Below, in pieces: positions 16,034 to 20,633 of a DNA stretch of 20,633 nt. Position 1 is the stretch's first letter. Every line of letters begins with the position of its first letter. Position numbers and translations under genes: made by a program. Origin of the DNA: an uncultured Deferribacteres bacterium (GTDB taxonomy: Bacteria; Zhuqueibacterota; Zhuqueibacteria; Zhuqueibacterales; Geothermadaptataceae); NCBI GenBank assembly GCA_964014485.1, contig CAXHAT010000145.1:1-20633 (forward strand), read 5' to 3'. The notes below the pieces were generated by a model. It ran no database searches, was not told where the DNA came from, and worked only from the letters and a program-made list of their open reading frames with translations.

Positions 16034-18949
16034 TCACAAAACTTTGATGACTTCCAGCCAATCGTTCTTTTCGCGATTAATTTCAGCGATTTGCTCGTTT
16101 GAACCTACAATGGCGACCTTGCCGTTAACTCCGAGCTGCTGAACAACTTCACCAAAAGCGCGGACGTCTTTCTCCGTCGTACCGAGCACTTCGTCTCGTA
16201 TTTTCTGCAGTTCATCGTCCGTAACGCCTGAAAGATGGCGCGACATTGACGAATAGCCCTTCGCATCGGGCAATTGATAACCGTCGATGTCGCTGATGGT
16301 GCCAATAATGCTTTTACGAATCTCATCTGCGCTGAGGCTGACTTGGCGTAAAAACTTACCGGCGTTATCAAAATTGTCAATCGTCTCAAGCGTGTTCGGA
16401 TCGCGGTACGACGTAAAGCCGAAAAAGCCCGTTTTGCGCTCGAAACTACAAAACGCGCCGTAAGCCCCGCCTTGTACGCGAACTTTCTCCCACAACCAGG
16501 AAGTACGCAAAAATTTCTGCGCAACGTAAGCCGAGCCATGAAATTCATAGCCCAGATCGTAAATATTCATCGCCTTGCCGACATAGTTGACCTGCGTCGG
16601 GACAGTCAGCCCCTGGAATGCGGCGCCTTTTTCCGCTTGCCACTTCTCTTGCGAGAAATTCGTTTCCGGCAGTGCATCGATGAATTTATCCAATCGCGGC
16701 TTGAAGTTTTTCCAATTCTCGCCGTCCAGCGTTACGTTGCAGAAAAATCCTTTACGGCTGAAAACACGCGCATACATGTCCTGCAAAGCAGCCAAGACGC
16801 TGGCCCAATCCGATTGCGCTTTTTCGATCAATTTGAGCAGAGAAAAGTAATAACTGACGCCGCCGGTTTGATCACCAAGCCAGCCGGTTTCACTGAAAAG
16901 CGCCTTTAACCGTGATGAAGAAATTGTATGCCCCGCGCTCACCAACGCCGATTCCATCCCGGCCTTTTCTTCCAGCAACATTTGGACAAAGCGTTCCTGA
17001 TTATCGAAATTGACGATTGTCGTCAGATCGGTCAGAATTTCAAACAAATCATCCACCTGATGCATCATCACTTTTCCACTCAGGAGCAAGTAAGGAATCG
17101 TGCTGTAACGGTCGTTCGCCGTTGTCGTGTAAACCGAAGGCCGCACGCCGCCGGTTTTTCGCCCGATGCGCTGGGACAATTGCACGAAATCTTCCTTGTC
17201 CGTTCCAATCTGTAAAAGCGATCGACTAAAAAGCGACAAAAGCGGCAGGTGCGATTCCGGCAGCGTCTTCAGGTCGAAGCCCAGAGAAAGGTACGCAATT
17301 CCGTTCGTAAACAGATCGTGGTAAAGTATTTTGGGGCGGTTTTCCTCAATAATTTCGATCGGAATTTTGCTGTGCGCCTTATCCAAATCGTCCAGGCTCA
17401 GGGACGGAATTTTTGCCAAATCTTCCGGCGCGTCCGGCTTCGCTTGACGCTCTTTGAGAACGCGCGTATTCTCAACAACTTGAGCGAGTTCTTCGTCAGA
17501 CATCGCCGCTTTTGCCGAGACAAGTCGTTCTTGTTCTTGAGCATCTTCCCGCTGTTGAAGCTCAGGGTCGGGCAACAGCGAAAGCGTGACGCGATGAGAA
17601 TTGTCGAGGAAATACTTCTGAATTAAGCCTTCAAAAAATTGTGCGTTCTCGGCGAAAGCGTTTTTTAAGTTTTGCAACGGTTGCTCAAACGAAATCGCCG
17701 CCAGCGGGTCGCCGTCATAAAGCCACGGGGTCAAAGCGCGGAGCATCAAAATCAATCCGCGCGGGTAGGAGCCGGTGTTGTTTTCGCGCATCCGAAATTC
17801 CGTCGTGTTCAGCGACGCTTCAATTCGTTCCGGATCGATTCCTTCCGTAACGAGCTTTTTCAGCGTATCCAAAATCACGTTTTCAACAGCGCCGACACTG
17901 TCTTCCGCAATGCCTTTCAAACCGATAGAGTAGGACATCTGGCGCATTTCGTTTTCCAGCCCAACACCGGTGACTTCTTCACCTAGCCCGGAATCAATCA
18001 GGGCCTTGTGCAGCGGCGACGCCGCGGTTCCCGCAATAATATGATCGAGTACAGCAAGAGAAAGCGCCAATTCAGTGTCGAGGTTTGCCGGCAAAAGCCA
18101 GTTCACCGTCATCATCGCTTTGTTCTCTTGCGCGGCGTCGCCAACGCTGTAGAATTTTCTCTCAGACTTGGGTTCGCTGAAATTCGGTTGCAGCACAATG
18201 CCGTTTTGCGGTTTCCGCCTGTCAAAATCTCTTAAATACTCGTCAAGAATTTCAAAGCGTTTTTCGATTGGGTCATTGCCGTAAAAATATATCCGGCTGT
18301 TTGATGGATGGTAAAATTCATCGTGAAAACTTTTGAATTGCTCCCAGGATAAGTCTGGAATCGCCTTCGGGTCGCCGCCTGAACTATACGCATAAATATT
18401 GTCCGGGAAGATGCATTGCTGCGAATATTCCATCAGAACGCGGTCGGGCGATGAGTAGCTGCCCTTCATTTCGTTGAACACCACGCCTTTGAAAATCATC
18501 GGTTTTTCCGGGTCTTCCAATTCATAATGCCAGCCTTCCTGCTGGAGCGTGTAAGGATGCAAATTCGGGTGAAAGACGGCGTCGAGGTAGACGTCCACGA
18601 GATTATAAAAATCACGCTCGTTCGTGCTCGCGACGGGATAACACGTTTTATCGGGATAAGTAAAAGCGTTAAGGAAGGTATGAAGCGAGCCCTTAATCAG
18701 TTCCACAAACGGCTCTTTAACCGGGAATTTTCGCGAGCCGCAGAGGACCGAGTGCTCCATAATGTGCGCCACGCCGGTTGAATTTGCCGACGGCGTTTTA
18801 AACGTTATGCCAAAAACTTTATTCTCATCATCATTTTCGACGGACAGCAATTCCGCGCCGGTCTTTTTGTGCTTAAAAAACTTCGCGACCGAGTTCAACT
18901 CCGGAACGTCCCGCTCCCTGACCAATTCAAATCCATGAATGTCTGCCAT
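16034..18949 (-). CDS. M16C (insulinase family) metallopeptidase, presequence protease PreP/Cym1-like
   Basis: Probable start 18949 after AGAGGAG. Inverted zinc motif HIMEHSVLCGS, FLNAFTYPDKTCYP, GVVFNEMKG, VRVQGGAYGA, SYRDP. About 970 aa, no signal peptide. Confidence 0.96.
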   Translation of the reverse strand: MADIHGFELVRERDVPELNSVAKFFKHKKTGAELLSVENDDENKVFGITFKTPSANSTGVAHIMEHSVLCGSRKFPVKEPFVELIKGSLHTFLNAFTYPDKTCYPVASTNERDFYNLVDVYLDAVFHPNLHPYTLQQEGWHYELEDPEKPMIFKGVVFNEMKGSYSSPDRVLMEYSQQCIFPDNIYAYSSGGDPKAIPDLSWEQFKSFHDEFYHPSNSRIYFYGNDPIEKRFEILDEYLRDFDRRKPQNGIVLQPNFSEPKSERKFYSVGDAAQENKAMMTVNWLLPANLDTELALSLAVLDHIIAGTAASPLHKALIDSGLGEEVTGVGLENEMRQMSYSIGLKGIAEDSVGAVENVILDTLKKLVTEGIDPERIEASLNTTEFRMRENNTGSYPRGLILMLRALTPWLYDGDPLAAISFEQPLQNLKNAFAENAQFFEGLIQKYFLDNSHRVTLSLLPDPELQQREDAQEQERLVSAKAAMSDEELAQVVENTRVLKERQAKPDAPEDLAKIPSLSLDDLDKAHSKIPIEIIEENRPKILYHDLFTNGIAYLSLGFDLKTLPESHLPLLSLFSRSLLQIGTDKEDFVQLSQRIGRKTGGVRPSVYTTTANDRYSTIPYLLLSGKVMMHQVDDLFEILTDLTTIVNFDNQERFVQMLLEEKAGMESALVSAGHTISSSRLKALFSETGWLGDQTGGVSYYFSLLKLIEKAQSDWASVLAALQDMYARVFSRKGFFCNVTLDGENWKNFKPRLDKFIDALPETNFSQEKWQAEKGAAFQGLTVPTQVNYVGKAMNIYDLGYEFHGSAYVAQKFLRTSWLWEKVRVQGGAYGAFCSFERKTGFFGFTSYRDPNTLETIDNFDNAGKFLRQVSLSADEIRKSIIGTISDIDGYQLPDAKGYSSMSRHLSGVTDDELQKIRDEVLGTTEKDVRAFGEVVQQLGVNGKVAIVGSNEQIAEINREKNDWLEVIKVL

Positions 18950-19000
18950 AGACTCCTCTTGCAAAAATTTGGTTCACAAAGTCGTTTTCTACAACTGGCT

Positions 19001-19030
19001 GGAATATAGAATTTTATTCCACAAACTCAA
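19001..19030 (-). promoter_or_regulatory. Putative promoter of the M16C gene with overlapping palindrome
   Basis: Minus strand TTGAGT-16-TATATT. GGAATA-N8-TATTCC dyad at 19001-19020 overlaps the -10. Confidence 0.5.
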
Positions 19031-19117
19031 GAACTTGAATGGACGCTCGACCATTCCGGAAGCGCCGTTTAAACACATAAGCGCTTCGTCAGCTTAACCG
19101 GTTGTTACATGGTGATT

Positions 19118-19504
19118 TTATCGGCGTAATATCAATGCGGCTGAGTTCGGTTCAACGCAGAATCGGAATTTGCGCAGAAAGTTCATCCCCAAAACGCCGT
19201 CGACTTTTATTTGAGGCGGGAGATCGAGAAGAAGTGTTGGTAAATTTTTCACTTTAACGCCGCCGACGCCAAAATTTTCTACAGAGCCAAGCGCAGCCGT
19301 AACGGCTTGTTTTCCAACAGGGAGTATGGAAATCATGTTTTCAGGTTGAAAGTTAATTCCAAGGAAGGAAGCTGTTTCTTCGCGGACGGCACAATATGCA
19401 GCGCCGGTATCTACGAGAAACTGAACGTCAAAACCGTTTACTCGCACGGGCACAATGAGCACGCCGTTGTGCGTGAAACGTCCTTTTATACGATCAGACC
19501 GCAT
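19118..19504 (-). CDS. Single-domain retropepsin-like (clan AA) aspartic protease
   Basis: 128 aa. VPVRVNG....FLVDTGA and DGVLGMNFL motifs. No signal or TM segment. Confidence 0.93.
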   Translation of the reverse strand: MRSDRIKGRFTHNGVLIVPVRVNGFDVQFLVDTGAAYCAVREETASFLGINFQPENMISILPVGKQAVTAALGSVENFGVGGVKVKNLPTLLLDLPPQIKVDGVLGMNFLRKFRFCVEPNSAALILRR

Positions 19505-19745
19505 GCAGCATCACGGCCATATCTTCTGGAATAACCTCACCGGTATAAAAGCAATAAAGTTCGATTTCGGCGTTCGCCTTTTGCGCATTAAAGCCGCTAT
19601 CGTAAACTTCCTTTTTGTCGACTCCGTGGAAAAGTATCTCCCCTTTTACTGGAACAAAATACTCGTCACGCTCAGTGACGCTTAAAGCTACCCACTCATC
19701 TTTATATTTGTGGTAGATGGATTCGATTGAGATTTCTCTTTGCAT
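19494..19745 (-). CDS. Small DUF5678-like protein
   Basis: Probable start 19745 after AAGGAG (83 aa). Motif KYKDEWVAL......GEILFHG.DK.EV...........FYTGE.IP. The stop overlaps the protease start. Confidence 0.72.
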   Translation of the reverse strand: MQREISIESIYHKYKDEWVALSVTERDEYFVPVKGEILFHGVDKKEVYDSGFNAQKANAEIELYCFYTGEVIPEDMAVMLHAV

Positions 19746-19785
19746 AACGCACTCCTTTTTCCTGCTGCCATAATATATAGTTGCA

Positions 19786-19813
19786 AGGTTAGCATTCATA
19801 GTGAAAACTTCAA
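19786..19813 (-). promoter_or_regulatory. Putative promoter of the DUF5678-like/protease pair
   Basis: Minus strand TTGAAG-16-TAACCT. Confidence 0.35.
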
Positions 19814-19820
19814 CAAGACT

Positions 19821-20351
19821 TTACACCGCCGTAGTTTTTATAAGTTGGTGTAAATCCGCGTAATCTTTCTCCCGGAGATCACTTGAGGTTATTTTGTAAA
19901 GCATTGTAATCATCGGGTTCAGTACGCGGATCCCATTACGCACTATGGCATGATTCTCCTTTGACCAGAAAATGGATTTGTCGCGTTTGAAGTACACCGT
20001 TTCACCGTCGTCGTCAAAAATCATCACTTGCATCACCCAGCTACTCGCCTTCCTGTCTAAAAGCCAAATGTCATAGATACGCTCCGGTACTTTCTCGCCG
20101 TTCCAGCGCCGCAGCTTTCCCGGCGGGTCGCACAAATACGGCAAGAGATCGTTTAAAGCGCGCAACGCTTCCTCCGCTTGTGAGCGAAACACCCCAATGT
20201 CAATATCGGCGTGTTCTCTGGTTTTTCGTCCAACAATCATATCAATGGAAAAGCCGCCGCATAACGTCCAGTTTCGAAATTCGCCAAAAGCGTCTTGAAT
20301 GTTCTCAGGATCGAGCGGTTTCCAAGGTAATGCAAGGAGTTGTTCAGACAT
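19821..20351 (-). CDS. Nucleotidyltransferase, aminoglycoside-2''-adenylyltransferase-like (Aminoglyc_resit) family
   Basis: Probable start 20351 (MSEQLL). WTLCGGFSIDMIVGRKTREHADIDI Pol-beta motif, 'VLNP...LYK' and 'REKDYAD'. Confidence 0.85.
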   Translation of the reverse strand: MSEQLLALPWKPLDPENIQDAFGEFRNWTLCGGFSIDMIVGRKTREHADIDIGVFRSQAEEALRALNDLLPYLCDPPGKLRRWNGEKVPERIYDIWLLDRKASSWVMQVMIFDDDGETVYFKRDKSIFWSKENHAIVRNGIRVLNPMITMLYKITSSDLREKDYADLHQLIKTTAV

Positions 20352-20413
20352 CACAAGTTTCTTTAAATGTTGGAGCGGAAAGGGAAGGCAAGCCCACAAC
20401 TGTGAGTCATGAA

Positions 20414-20442
20414 AAGGTAAGAAAAGCGTCTGTTGTCGGCAA
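20414..20442 (-). promoter_or_regulatory. Putative promoter of the nucleotidyltransferase gene
   Basis: Minus strand TTGCCG-17-TACCTT. Confidence 0.45.
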
Positions 20443-20633
20443 GTGTTTGAAGGCGGATATGGCCGAATGTGAATCGGCGATTTGGGGTCATCTTGTTCAT
20501 AAAATGGTTGGAAATCGTTTTGTCAACGTTTGACGCATTGTCGATGCAATATTTGCATCCAGTTCAATTTATCGTTATACCTAAATTTCTAAAATAAAAA
20601 GAGAAGAAAAGTGCGGCAAGTTGTTTATAATTA

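Noticed and set aside
11026..19504. A dedicated 'protease island' (M48, M16C, retropepsin)
   Set aside because: Different strands, compartments and promoters, interleaved with housekeeping genes; co-location is probably chance.
1843..19685. Numerous 60-180-aa ORFs nested in or antisense to the main genes
   Set aside because: They fully overlap well-supported CDSs and show no recognisable domains.
20180..20533. 117-aa + strand ORF and a ~45-codon minus-strand ORF near 20500
   Set aside because: No motifs. They overlap the NTase gene or its putative promoter and are likely spurious.

Overview
Bacterial genomic window, probably from an FCB-superphylum-like diderm (inferred from the DUF3857 pair, the TTG-N19/20-TAnnTT promoters and the porin; not proven). 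The left 1.6 kb looks like the decayed edge of an island at the 3' end of a tRNA-Ile2(CAT) gene. There, one IS630 has inserted into a second, broken IS630, which also carries an 81-bp MITE-like insertion. Next come a tandem pair of secreted DUF3857/transglutaminase-like proteins (one with the catalytic triad, one without) and a small secreted Ig-like protein. A three-gene envelope operon follows: a beta-helix-porin fusion, a small basic PBP-like protein and a single-pass TPR protein. This operon is the best candidate for an undescribed system. The rest comprises an M48 lipoprotein protease, pgm, an iolG-like dehydrogenase, an SDR, an M16C presequence-protease-like peptidase, a DUF5678-like/retropepsin gene pair and an aminoglycoside-nucleotidyltransferase-like gene. 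All family calls are from motif recognition by eye; no searches were run.
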